Position numbers and translations under genes: made by a program. This document shows positions 11,945 to 24,344 of a stretch of DNA of 64,000 bases, piece after piece. Positions within the stretch are counted from its first letter, which is position 1; each line of letters starts with the position of its first letter. The notes under the pieces were generated by a model. The model did not search any database and was not told the origin of the DNA. It was given only the letters and a program-made list of their open reading frames with translations. The stretch lies in the NCBI GenBank assembly GCA_000004985.1, contig GG738883.1; one strand, given 5' to 3'. This stretch comes from Naegleria gruberi (taxonomy: Eukaryota).

Positions 11945-14267
11945 TTAACTCAATTGGTGATCATTTAGAATATCTTCACAAAATATAAGTTGGTGGATCA
12001 GTGGAATGTATCCTTGTTTTTGTCCAATAACAAGTGATACTTGTGAATCAATAATTCCTTCATTTAGGTCTTCTCTTCTCAATAGCTTGTAAACTCTCAA
12101 TAAGATGTCATCTCCAAGCGATTCCTCCAAATACTTTCTTAACGCTTCTATTCTAAAGTTGAGAGAATCATTGTCCTTTGTCCCTTCTAACATTAAAGTT
12201 TTACCCATAATCTTGAACTTGTTTGGGAGTGCTGGTGATTCCTCCTCTTGTTCGTTTTCACTTGTAAAAATGTCATCGTCATCATTTCTTGACAAATTCT
12301 TAATATCTCCAACTACGTTTTTCATTGTTTTTAGAATTGAATTGTTCAAATTTCCTCCTGATTTTTGATTATATTGATTTTGGTGATCTTGAATTAAAAT
12401 ATTTGATCTATACCCATTATTGTTATTGTCATCTTGCTTTGGGATGACATTGTTTGCTTTCATTTTTGATAACCTTTCTTGCCTCCTCCTCTCCTCTGCA
12501 TATACTTGTTTTTCAGCTACTGAATCATCTATGGGACGCCCTGATTTTGGGGGCTGTGAAGAATCTGTCCCATCATACAATTGAGATTCCACTCGCCTAC
12601 GATTCATTTCAGCTTGCTTTCTCATTTCCCAGTATTGTTGCTTTCTGAACTCGGCTAATTTTTCTTCCTCCTTTTTTTTAATATCCTCCTCTCTCCTCCT
12701 TCCATCGTCTTTCGGAACAGCACTTGGTAGAGGTCTATTGCTTCCAATGTCTTTACTTAAAATAGAGTACTTGTCTTCCTCTTGCTTTACTCTCATTTTG
12801 TTCCTCAGAGCATTTACTCTGCAGAAATTCAACACAAAATTGGTCCTTAAGAACTTACCTTGCTTCTTCATAGATTGACTTTCTTTCTCGTTCTAACTTT
12901 TCTTCGGCATACTGCTTTTGCCTTAGCTCGTATTCTCTTTTTCTGTCGGCAATGTCTTTCATTCTCTGCTCTTCCTCAAACATTTTTTGTTCCTTCTCTT
13001 TTTGTAATTTTAAAAGTCTTTCCTTTTCTCTTTCTCTCTGCTCTTGGAGTTGTTTCCTCCTCTTCTCTTCCATCATCTTATCATTGATGAAACTTGCCTT
13101 TGGAGCGACTGAGGGTGTCACCAATTTAGGTGTTGGCTTTACAATATCTCTCTCGTATTTCGCAAGGACTGGAGCATTATTATTGTTATTGGAAATTAGA
13201 GGCATTCCTCCAACATTAGAGAACTTTCTATTATCCTTAAACGCAGAAGGTGGTACTTTAACTTCTGGGACTGGACTAGAAACTCCGCTTGGACTCTTTT
13301 CTTGTACTTTTTCTCCACTTGTTTCAGGCTCTCCTTTTGATAACAAGAATTCCATTCTCTTTTGAATGAATGGTATTTTCAAAACAGAGTTTATACTTGG
13401 CCTGTCTCTAGGATCCTTTTGTAACATTTTGCCAATCATATCCCTTAGATCAGACGAGTAAGTTGAACTAATTGGGGGATAGGTTCCTCTCAGAATTTTT
13501 CCAACCAGAGCTTTCATGTTATTAGCCTCAAAGGCATGTTTCAACGTCACCAATTCGTATAGAATGCACCCTAAAGACCATACATCGGATTTGTTGTTAT
13601 ATCTATTATTATGTTTAGCACATTTGTAATAAGCAGAAACTTACGGTTTTTCTTGACAAATTTCAGGTGACAAGTAGTAAGGAGTACCAACAAGGGTCTT
13701 GGCACATTCCATTGTCGATTGCAACACTTTGCTGATACCAAAATCTCCCAATTTCAAAGTTCCATCTTGTGCAATAAATATATTTTGTGTCTATGAAAGA
13801 GTTATCATGAAATGAAATAATTGGTGCATACCTTCAAGTCTCTGTGTAAAATTCTTCGGTCGTGAATATATTTTACAGCCATTGATATCTGTATGAACCA
13901 ATCCACAAGTTTTTCCTCTGGAAATAATTTTGATTTTTGTTGTTTAATCTTTTCATATAAATCTCCTTGACTCGCATATTCCATAACTATATTCAATTTT
14001 CCTCCATCCTGAAATGAATCAACATATTTTACAATATTGGGATGTTGAAGAGAACTTAATACTTTCACTTCATTAAGTGCTTCCTTTCTTTCCTTCTCCG
14101 GTATTCCTGATATTTCTATTTGTTTGATTATATACATGTTATTGTCAATTTTTGACTGAACAAGCACAGCTTGTCCGAAGGTTCCTTTTCCCACAACCTA
14201 TAACAGACTTGTTCAAATATTTCATCTTGAAATTACTCCTTACCTTGACCTTCTTGTAGTTTTGCAT
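11945..14267 (-). CDS. NIMA-related (NEK) Ser/Thr kinase with a long C-terminal coiled-coil/charged tail
   Basis: Exons 14244..14267 (MQNYKKVK), 13832..14197 ([12 protein letters not shown]...HRDLK), 13645..13790 ([23 protein letters not shown]...GTPYYLSPE), 12859..13602 and 11945..12808. NEK-like motifs throughout the kinase exons. The tail is rich in ERK/REKE repeats. Confidence 0.7.
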
Positions 14268-14444
14268 TTTTTTTGGGTTAATCAAAAACTTGGCTGTAGA
14301 TTTTTGATAACCGTTACATGCCGTTTTTGTTCGTATTCCCGCCTTTTTATTAATAATAAATAGAACAGTTTTGAACATTAAGTGTTGAGTCAATGTAAAG
14401 TAGCTGTTTGAAAATTTTTATATATTATGATACAATTAAGGTTT

Positions 14445-16614
14445 TCATTCTTTAAGCATGCATGAATTGGTTTTCAAGTGGAAATCCCATTGCTTTTCAG
14501 TTCTGGTAATTGCATTGCCCAAAATTGTTTTAGTTTGAGTTTGAAGTGCTGCAATATACTTGTCCTTAACTTCCTTCTCGGAGGTGTTGGCATTTGCCTT
14601 CTTTGCTGCTTCTGAGCTGATCATTGATTCATCTAAAAAGCCAGCTGTATCAAGGAACTCAGTCATTGCTCCCATTAATTGATCGTACATAATGGATCTT
14701 CTAATCTTGGTTTCAAGTTTGGCAGTTTCTCTTTCAATATATTCAACCTGTTCCTTATCTAAAACTCTCATTAATTCTAACAAGACCACGAGGAGAGTGT
14801 GTCTCTTCTCATCCTCTGTAATTTGTTGCACAAGTGCCCTCAATGAGAAGAGAGAATAATCCCAAACAGTATTCGATTGTTGTAAAATGGTTGCTGCGTT
14901 TGTGTACAAACAATGGAAAGCATGTAGTAAATCTTCAGAAATGGAGAATGTTGTTACTTCATGATACAAGTGCTTGTTTCTTTCCACAAACTTTTCTCTC
15001 AGTAGATCAACCTTTATCTTTCTCATTTCGTCTCTATTGTCTTTTGGTGGGGCTGGTTCAGGTAAGTTATCAATCACTCTTTCTACTATATCATGCATTA
15101 CAATGTAAACTCCATTCTCCTCCTCCTTCTCTACAAAAGGTTCCAAATCCTGTTGTTCCTCTGAAATTACTACTCCTTTCAATTTTACCTCATCACAATC
15201 ACAATAAGCCTTTGGAATAGTTTCCAATTTAAATCCATCAGTAAAAATTCCTTCCATATCAGACTCGAATGAAAAGACAAACTTTTTGGTTTTTTGAGGA
15301 AGCAATATTCCCTTTCCTTCTGTAGAAAGCATAAATTTGGATTCAGCCCTCTTCTTTTGAAGTGATGTAATTGGCTCAACCTTAACCCATTTGTATTGGA
15401 TTGAGCAGCATCCTGTATTTTCAAGAACAACCTCCTTTTGAACCAATTCTCCTGGAATGGCATCAAAAAGAATATCATTTTCCGATAATTGAAAAGCAGG
15501 AGCTTCCATCTCTTCTTTTGCTTCCTCTTCCTTAATTTCGTATGGAAGATGAGAAGCAGAATATGTTTCCTCTTCGTCATATGTATTGTACTTTTCCTCA
15601 ATCTTTTGACCAATAACCTTCAGTTCTTCAATAAGAGAAGAGGGATCATGGGTTAGTTCCTTAGCTAATAGTTTTCCATATTTCTTTCTGAAATAGATTT
15701 AGAAATTTCGATTCAACCAGGGTACTTACTTTACATAGTCTGATTTCATTGACCTAATTCCCAAAGGTGTGTTATCCCTAATTAAACGTTCCAGTACATC
15801 TCAAAAACAATAGACAACTTACTCTGCAATAAATCTATCAGGATTTCTCACAGTAGCTGGCTTTCTAATTTTTTTCTCAATAATAGGACAAAACAAAGGA
15901 TATGGATAATTTCCAATTTTAACATATCTCACTCCATCGTCCTCAGGTACATCTACAATAACTTAAGTAAATGAAAAACATTAATACTAACTTCTAAGAG
16001 ATAATTCCCAACTCCATTCGTTGTGACGTTTTTCTACTGGAATGGAAGCTTCCAAAATATCTATTTCCTCTCTTTTTGCTCTGAATGCATCTTGACTTTC
16101 CATCACCAAAGAAGTTTTTGGCTATTATCCTCAATAAAACATTCAATCCCCAACCTACCTTTCCTGTTTTATTTGCCAACCGTTCTCCAATATCCCCCCA
16201 AGTTTGCAAATATTCTTCATACTTTCTGAGGGCCTTCTCTTGCATAAATTGTCTTCCTACTGCCTTATCGTCATGAATTGTTTTTTCCAACTTTTCCGAA
16301 AATTTTGGTTTTGTATTTCTAGAACTTTCCAAATTTTGCTTCATTCTCTTAAACGATTCATTATTAGCCTCCACATTTGAACACAATGATCCAGAACTCT
16401 GCAGTGTTGATTGAAGTTGTGATCGACTCATTGCAGTCATGTACTGATCCAATGATCCTAAAATTTCAATCTCCGATTTTGGAAGACGAGAAGCATCAAA
16501 TAAATTCGGAACCATACTAGGCTCCATTCCTGGTTCAACATTAGATAAATTCATCTCCATTGGAACCTCAACCCTTGGAGGTAATTGAGGAGCAGACTCT
16601 GGTTGTGGTGTCAT
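14445..16614 (-). CDS. Conserved hypothetical multi-exon protein (β-sandwich/MSP-like segment followed by a coiled-coil region)
   Basis: Large ORFs 14445..15509 and 15994..16614, connected by short exons in 15520-15990 with GTAAGT-type donors. No confident family assignment. Confidence 0.35.
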
Positions 16615-16736
16615 TTTTTTAAATGAAAAACACTGTAAATTTTTAATAAGAAATTGAGTTGTAATGATGTATTATAATAAACACAATAGAAATTCTTATT
16701 AAAAAGTTTAATAATTTGTATGTACAATTTTAAGGC

Positions 16737-17744
16737 TTAGATTGTAATGACAAGTCTTTTACCTGGGTCAATATTTTCTTGCCATGCTGCAGCAACATTT
16801 TCCAAAGGCTCAACATGAGTTTCAATCTTGAGCTTTCCCTCAGCAACCCATTTGAATGTTTGAGGAAGAATTGAAGAGAAGAATTCCTTCATTCCACTTT
16901 CAGAAATACTGCCCAATCCACTTCCAAGTATTTCAATTGCTGTTGAACGTAATAAACTTGAAGGAATTGCAACATTTTCGCCTGCCATTGATCCAACTGT
17001 TACTACCTTAACTGGGTGAGAGAATCCGTGAAGATTTCCTGAACCTTTCAATGATTTGAAAATTAATTCAATTGGATGACCCCACAAGTAATCAATGACA
17101 ATATCAATTGGTGTCTCTTGATGAATTTGAGAGATTTGCTTGGTAATTTCTTCATCTGATTCTCCAAGAGAAATTACTTGATCAACTCCATATTCATTCT
17201 TTAAAATCTTTAAAGACTCTTGATTTCTACCTGTTGCAATTACCTTACTAGCTCCGTATAACTTTGCCAATTGAACTGCAACTCTTCCAGTAACTCCAGT
17301 AGCCCCATTCACCAAAACTACTTGACCACTCTTCAAGTGTGCCCTATCTGTCAATGCCAAACTTGCACCCATCACAGCATTTGGTAAAGCAGCAGCAGAA
17401 ACATCATCAATTTCATCAGGGAGAGGCACAACCTTACTCTTATCAACAATGGCCTTCTCTGCAATCATACCACTGATGCCAAATGCATAGACTCTCTGAT
17501 TAGTTGTCTCCAAATGTCCAACACCATCCACTCCAACAACTGTAGGCAATTCTGAATAATTGGTATAATGTTTGCCAGATGCTCTTATCTTATCTAAATT
17601 CTTAACAGAAGCTGCCTTGACAGAAATCACAACATGTTGATCCACATTCAATAGTTTCGGAAGAGGAAAATCCTTTTCAAATATTGGTACATCGCCGAGT
17701 TTATGTAAAACTGCTGCTCTCATTTTTTTGATTGTTGTTTTCAT
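16737..17744 (-). CDS. Medium-chain dehydrogenase/reductase family NAD(P)H quinone oxidoreductase (zeta-crystallin-like)
   Basis: 335-aa single-exon ORF with Rossmann motif VNGATGVTGRVAVQLAKLYGA and MDR-type N-terminal GroES-like region. Confidence 0.7.
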   Translation of the reverse strand: MKTTIKKMRAAVLHKLGDVPIFEKDFPLPKLLNVDQHVVISVKAASVKNLDKIRASGKHYTNYSELPTVVGVDGVGHLETTNQRVYAFGISGMIAEKAIVDKSKVVPLPDEIDDVSAAALPNAVMGASLALTDRAHLKSGQVVLVNGATGVTGRVAVQLAKLYGASKVIATGRNQESLKILKNEYGVDQVISLGESDEEITKQISQIHQETPIDIVIDYLWGHPIELIFKSLKGSGNLHGFSHPVKVVTVGSMAGENVAIPSSLLRSTAIEILGSGLGSISESGMKEFFSSILPQTFKWVAEGKLKIETHVEPLENVAAAWQENIDPGKRLVITI

Positions 17745-17899
17745 ATTATTGGAACGAATACGTATTTGTCAATAGTAGTTTAAATAGTATTTACAATTTG
17801 TCCACTGCGCACCAATAGGGTGCACTATTAGTGAATCCTGTCTAATGGATTGTAGCGATGATGCAAGAAAGAGCTAAAGCAGTCAATTAAACAACAACT

Positions 17900-20800
17900 T
17901 TATGAATAAACTTTTAGTTTGCCTGTATCAGTAGAAACAAGCAGTAATTTGTGAAGAGGTAAATATTTAACGTCAGTGTAGTTTCCATTATTGGAATCGC
18001 TTGAAATATTGTTAAATGCTTGCCCTTCACAATATAAAACCTCTCTATTGTCTGAATCGATTGGAATTTCTCTCTTCTTTTTAGAAAGCTTTCTTTGTTT
18101 GTTCTTGAAGTCGTTCGAGGATTTAGAGTTCAATCTGTCAATTACATTTCTTGTAGAAACAAAACTGGAAGATTTACAGTAGAGAATTCTATCAGGTTGC
18201 AATGCAAATAATTGATCACATTCTGGTCTACTATAAAAATCGAACGAAATGATTGGAGCATTCGAAACTAAATCTTGATTGGTATTGTTGGAAACCTGGA
18301 ATGCCTTGATACACTTGGATGGTACAGAGTTTCTTGTATCCCAAACACGAATTAAGTCATTCTTATAGTCAGCTGCATCTTCTACTGGTCCTGTAATTGT
18401 GGAGGGGCTATTATCAAATGAAACAGTCTTACGGCAGCATGTGATAAAGTGTCCAGGTTTGGTTCCATCGTATGGCAATATTTTAGTAAGCTCTCCATTT
18501 TCGTGTGAACAGAATGAATCCAAAATCAATCCACTATGTTGTTCCATTAAAAATATCACGCCATTAGATAGTCCAATAGTTAAAAAGTTATCTCTTGGAT
18601 GACACTTGGAAATGCATTTGATGTTATGTTCTCCAATCACAGCAGAAGAGGTTGATGACATCATGTTTGGTACATAATTTGATGATTGGGATGTGAATAA
18701 CTTCCACTCAAAGGCACAAGACTTGGAAGGTTGTCTTAGATCATAAAATTGCACATTAGGAACAGACGAATAACTACTAGCCACAAGAATGTTAGGATTA
18801 TTTGTCAATGTTTCAAAAGTAATGAAATTCATAGTACCATTCAATTCTTGATTAATAGATGGAGATCCTGCACCAACAGTATACAAATATTTAGTTGTCT
18901 CAACATCAAATAAGTGAATATTTCCTCCACTATCCTTACACAGAAACTTGTTATCTGAAATGAACTTTACCTTGTCAACTTGAGATCTAAATAATTGCTT
19001 GTTAGTAGTTCCAGTATTTTGATAGCACAAATAGGTGCTCTCCATAGAAGAAGATTCCAAATTCCACAAACGTACAACAGGATTTGAGTGATGTCGCAAT
19101 AAACCTCCACCAGTTAATATAATTCTCTCATCTGATGGACAAACATCAATACATCTAAGTGATAAGTCATTAAATTTCAAATCTGAAAGCTCATACTCCA
19201 AAATTCCCTTAAATTTAACATCAGAAGTTTCTCTATCAAAACTATTGAATGCAAATGATTTTTCAAATATTTTTCCACTTGATAGTTGGTTATGAATGTA
19301 CCAAGAATTCTTTTCTGAGGTAACCTTTTTTGCTTTGGAGTATTGAATTTTAGGCTCCTTTGACTTGAGCTCATCTGCATCATTCTCTGAAAAATCAACA
19401 GTATCTTTTGTAAGACTGTCTTCGAGCATCTTACTATTCAATACAGCCTCTCTCATTGTAGAATTTCCAAAAACGCAACAGAGCTCTCTATACAAGGTGC
19501 AACCCATCTTGAAATGTCTATTATTTTTGAATCCACAATTTTCATCGTCATTACTCTCCTTGGTAGATTCATCCTCGACGGGACTATCATTGGTCGAAAT
19601 ATCCAAATTCTTATCATCAGATGCTGTAGAATCTCCACGTTTGAATCTCTCAAAGAATGATCGAATACCCTTTTTCTTTGTAACCTCATTATTTGTAGAA
19701 TTAGCTTGAATGGTCTGGGCCTGAATCGCTTCTTCATCAACTAAATCGCTGGCTAATGGTTGGCTATTTACTATAGGATTCTTGGAAAGATTTGCAAAAG
19801 ATGGTGCCACAGCAAGTTGTTGTGAAAAGTATCCATCCAAGTAAACGGCAGAGCACAAGATTTTTCTAAATGTAGATTTAGAGTTTTGGAATATTTGAAT
19901 TCTAACTTTAAGGTCACAAATATGGAAGAGTCTACACAAAAAGTGAGTAATTCTCTCAAAAATGTCCAAAATGTAAACAAATTGATTATTGGAATCATCA
20001 TTTTGAATAGCTAAATTATAGGTTGCCTCCATAATATTATTAATCAAGACTTGATTTGTTTGTAAAATATTATTCACAACAAGAGTTTGATTTGTGGTTC
20101 TTTCGAGAATATTCTCTAACAAGTCAATAATATTAGTTGCATTCCTCTTTAAATTTTCAAGATTTGTTATAGAACTAGAGGTTAGATCGTATGTCTTGAT
20201 TTCTTGTAAAATGATAGAAAAGAATTTAGATGCATAGTAACTAACAATTGTTCCATATCCCAAATTGGAGCTCAAATTATTCAATAGTAAAAAGATACTC
20301 TCATCGAATTGATAATGTCTAATCTTTTTTCTCAGTTTGAATAGTAATGGATCCAAAATGTATTGTATCGAAACAATAATTCCAAAATCGTTACATAATT
20401 TACACAGTGTAGCACATATCTTTTTGGAAATTTCTGGAAACTTGACACAATTAGTGAATAATCCTTCAATAAAGAATGGTAATAATTGTTCTAAGAATAA
20501 ACGCTTTTGATCCTTAGTTGTTGGATTAGTGATACCCTCAGAGTATGTGGTTGATGATGTTTGAGAAGCCTTACTATAAGGTTTGTGTGTAACATCAGAC
20601 AATATTACATTATAAATTAATGAAGAAAATGAATATGAATACAAGTTGAGAGGTAGTAACAACAAGTCTGATCTTTCTGGAATGGTATTGTTTGGTGATG
20701 AAGATTCATTATCTGAGGAAGATGTGCTATTTAAAATGGACTCTACTCTTTCATTTTCCATATACAATTGATAGAGTCTCAATTTAAGTATCTTTTTGGC

Positions 20801-23479
20801 CGAGTCACACTCTTTGAATTTGGAAAGGAATTTCTCTCTCGAATATCTTACCATTCCTCTCAAAATTTCAATACCATAAGTCCATGGTTGGATGTGAACA
20901 AAATGATTTGGTGAATTTTTTTCCATCTTTTTCACAAAGAACATGTGGAGAATGTGAGGAAGAACTAAATCGAGAGCATCAGGTGGAAGAGCCATAATAC
21001 TCTCTTGGAATTCTTGTGAATTATTTGGTGGTTTGATTTGTCTCAATACAAAATTATATCTTTCCAAATGACTCTGAAAGAGGTATAAATTTGAGAGAAC
21101 CCAATGACAATACTTGAAATATTCTGGAAAATATTTTTTGGATTGGTTAATAAAGAGTGCCTTCTTTCCTTTTGAAAGATTGATATCAATTAACTTTTCA
21201 ACAATGGAACGAGCAGGTTGACTGATCTTTTTCAATGCAGGTACTTCTGGTTGATGGTTCAACATTCCAGTCTCCCTAATATACTTTTCAAGAGACCTCG
21301 TATTAAATAATGGCTCAAAAGTATAGAGAGAGGCTAGCAAACATCCAACAGCAAACATGTCATCATTATAAAGCTCGCCTTTGGATTGAACTCGAGAACG
21401 ATTAATCTTTTCAATGAATGGTACAACATGATAGGCAGAGCTGGTAAAGTACTTGCTACTGAATTTGACAGAATTTTCATACAAGTGCATTCTCTCCATA
21501 ATAGAATTTGATGTGGAATATCTAGGGGGGTGTGGTTCGAAGAATAATTGAACAAATCCAAAACGTGAAGGATACAAGTCGTTATTTTCCTTTCTCAACA
21601 TGACATTTTTAGCTTCAATGGCATGGTGTCCACTAAGCTTGTATCCAAAAATCAAATCAATCCAATGATGAATATTCTGACTCACATAGTCACTCTCCAG
21701 GGCAGCTTTATGCTTTTGAATAAATTCTTCAGGTGTAGAAGCCCACGGCGGCAATACTAAATCAGTCATGTCTGTATGAATGGAAGTGAACATGTTCGGA
21801 TCAGTGAAAAATTCTGGAATGCATTCATCTGGAGTCCACTGATAGAGACGAACAATGGAATTTGGATATTCTTTTGGTTCATAGTTTTGTCTGACAAATT
21901 TCCTCAATGCACTAATAGAAACTCTTCTTGCCTTGTAGATAAAGTAGGTAATTTCAGAAAGTGGCTCTGTAACGTGATGAGGATTATCTGGTGATTGATA
22001 GGTAAAATCCAACATTTCATCTCCCTTATTGAGTCTGAATTTAGTTTTGGTTAAATCTCTCCATTCAACACGTGAGTTTGGATCGGTTGGGTCACTCTCA
22101 AAATCAATAATCCATGGCAATACAGGATGATACTGTTGATCACCAAGTCTCCTCCCAGCAAGAGCATTAAGTTTCATCAAGTAGTCAAAATTTGAAATTT
22201 TACCCTCCTGCCATAAGAGAACTAGATCTTTGGTTCTATTCTCGGAAATGTTCTGTGGTGACAATAGGGTACTATTATTTCCAGCTGTACCAGTATTGGA
22301 TGTTTTTGAGGGTGATTTAAATTCTGCCATTGGTGTTTGTAAAACGTGATGATGATGATCAGAGATGTGTTCTGGAGTATAGAGTATATCCTGTCCAATA
22401 ATTGAAATCCACAACATTTCATTGATTAGAATATTATTGGGTATTAATTTTCCATGAGCAATATTATTCTTGTGACAATGTGAAACTGCCTGTAATAATT
22501 GATAGAATAAAAATCTTCTACGAATGTCATCTAAATTAATTGAATAAAAAGTTAATGAAATAATGAAACAATTATTAAAAAAAAACAATATAAAAACAAA
22601 CCTGTTTCAAGAAGAACCTTATTGAATTGAATCAATTCTTCCCAAGTATAATTGTACATTTCCAAAACAATAAACCAAGCATTTTTACTTTCATAAACAT
22701 CGTATAATAATGGTATATTAGCGTGCTATAAATAATAGTATTTCAATAATTATCATTTCCAAATGAATAAATAATTGATAATAAACAAATTTTAATAATG
22801 TTGATAAGTTAAATATTTAAAAATAATTATAACATACCTTTGGAATAAAAGGACCGTCAAATAATATAAAAGTTTCATCCAAATCCCCATGTGAAGGATT
22901 ATAAAAAGTATAATCATCCAAAATTAATTGATTTAAATGATAAATTTGTGATAATGAATGATGTATGGCCTTTCTAATTGAATGATTAGATTTTCCATCT
23001 CCCATTTCAAATTGTTTCGGAATGACTCGTACCACTACATTTACTTCATCGGGTAATAATGAAAGTGGAATACTATTATTTGAAATGATATTATGATGAT
23101 TAGAATTGTTATTATTGTTACTATTATTAACATTGTTATTATCCAAATTATTATTATTCAAATTATTCACATTATTTTCTTCATGTAATTGATCCTGTTG
23201 ATCTTGTTGATTCATTGTTGGAGATATTGATGATGAAATTGATGGTGATGAATTTAATTCATCTTGTTGTGATAAATTTTCATCATCTGTTAACACATGA
23301 TTATCAAAAGTAGGCCTCTTTTTATAAATCTTGGATCGTTTACTATTATACATTTTGCAACAAGCATAGGAACATTTTCTCGTATATTCGGGACTCAACA
23401 TGTACTGATACTCGATGAGAGTCGGCGAGAGATCCTGTTCAATATATTCTCTCACTTGACTCGCATTTAAATTTCCCAT
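17900..23479 (-). CDS. Giant kinase-like + BEACH + WD40 protein (WDR81/BEACH-family-like), N-terminal MGxxxS myristoylation motif
   Basis: Exons 22838..23479 (MGNLNASQ..., poly-Asn tract), 22602..22725 (HANIPLLYDVYESKNAWFIVLEMYNY, a kinase N-lobe-like segment) and 17900..22530. The kinase-like region lacks HRD/DFG but has HGKLIPNNILIN. BEACH core: NFDYLMKLNALAGRRLGDQQYHPVLPWIID...WIDLIFGYKLSGHHAIEAKNV. C-terminal WD40-like repeats. Phase-consistent GTATGT/GTTTGT introns. Confidence 0.65.
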
Positions 23480-24344
23480 TTTTTAATAATATTTATTTTA
23501 ATATTAAGATATTGTTATTATTATTAATATGTTAATCTGTTAGGAAATGCATTCTTTCAATATGAATTAATTGAAGTGTTTACAATTAAACAATTGGTCA
23601 TGACTCTTTACAATTTACAGTTTTTACATTTGTCAATAGTCCCCACCTTCATCTTGCCATTCACCCTCTAAAAATTTAGTTCTAAATTATTCATGTTGTT
23701 ATTCTTATTATTCCTATTAGACCTTCGGTTGTATAAAAACTGTAGTTGGTCAATTAATCGCTTCTCATTCAAATTGAACAATAAAATAAAGGTTCATTTT
23801 CAAAATTGCCTTCAAGTTGGAGGTTCAAATTCAACCGTGACCGCGGTTCGTTTTTGATTTTGAAGTGAATATTTTCAAAAAGCTCTTTTTTGGTACCACC
23901 CAGTATTAGACACTTTTTATCTAGTAAGCCATTCTTGTTCTTTCTAACATTCATCACCTTCTTAACTCCCTTTAATCTATTCAATCACAACAAAGTACAA
24001 GTATGTTCTTTCCACTGATGATTTCCATCAATCACAGTTAAGCCAAGTACAATTCGAAAAAGCTCTTTTTGTGAAGTGTTCAACTTGTTGTTGAGGTTTC
24101 TTCTTCACCGCATCATCGCATATTCTCTTGCTCACCATCAACAAGTGTTGTGAATCTTTCCAGAGAGGGAGAATCGAAAAAACAACGCATTGTAATAATT
24201 TTACACCGTTACAAGCCACTTCGACCAATCAGCGCGGTGCACCTCTTTCATGATTTTTATTGAGCACGAGTAGCATAAATTATTCTCTGCTGTTGAAAAA
24301 AAAAACACCAAACTACCAAACTTCACAATTTTGATAACACGAAA
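23480..24344. promoter_or_regulatory. Divergent intergenic/promoter region between the BEACH gene (−) and eEF2 (+)
   Basis: 865-bp non-coding interval. A near-identical 16-mer AAAAAGCTCTTTTT(T)G occurs at ~23872 and ~24058. A GC-rich CCAATCAGCGCGGTGCACC box sits ~105 bp upstream of the eEF2 ATG. Confidence 0.4.

Noticed and set aside
9134-16614. Calling the TPR gene CFAP70-like and the 14445..16614 gene MYCBPAP-like (cilium-associated)
   Set aside because: This was only a vague resemblance from memory, and no diagnostic motif was found. It would also imply a ciliated organism, which the other evidence does not support.
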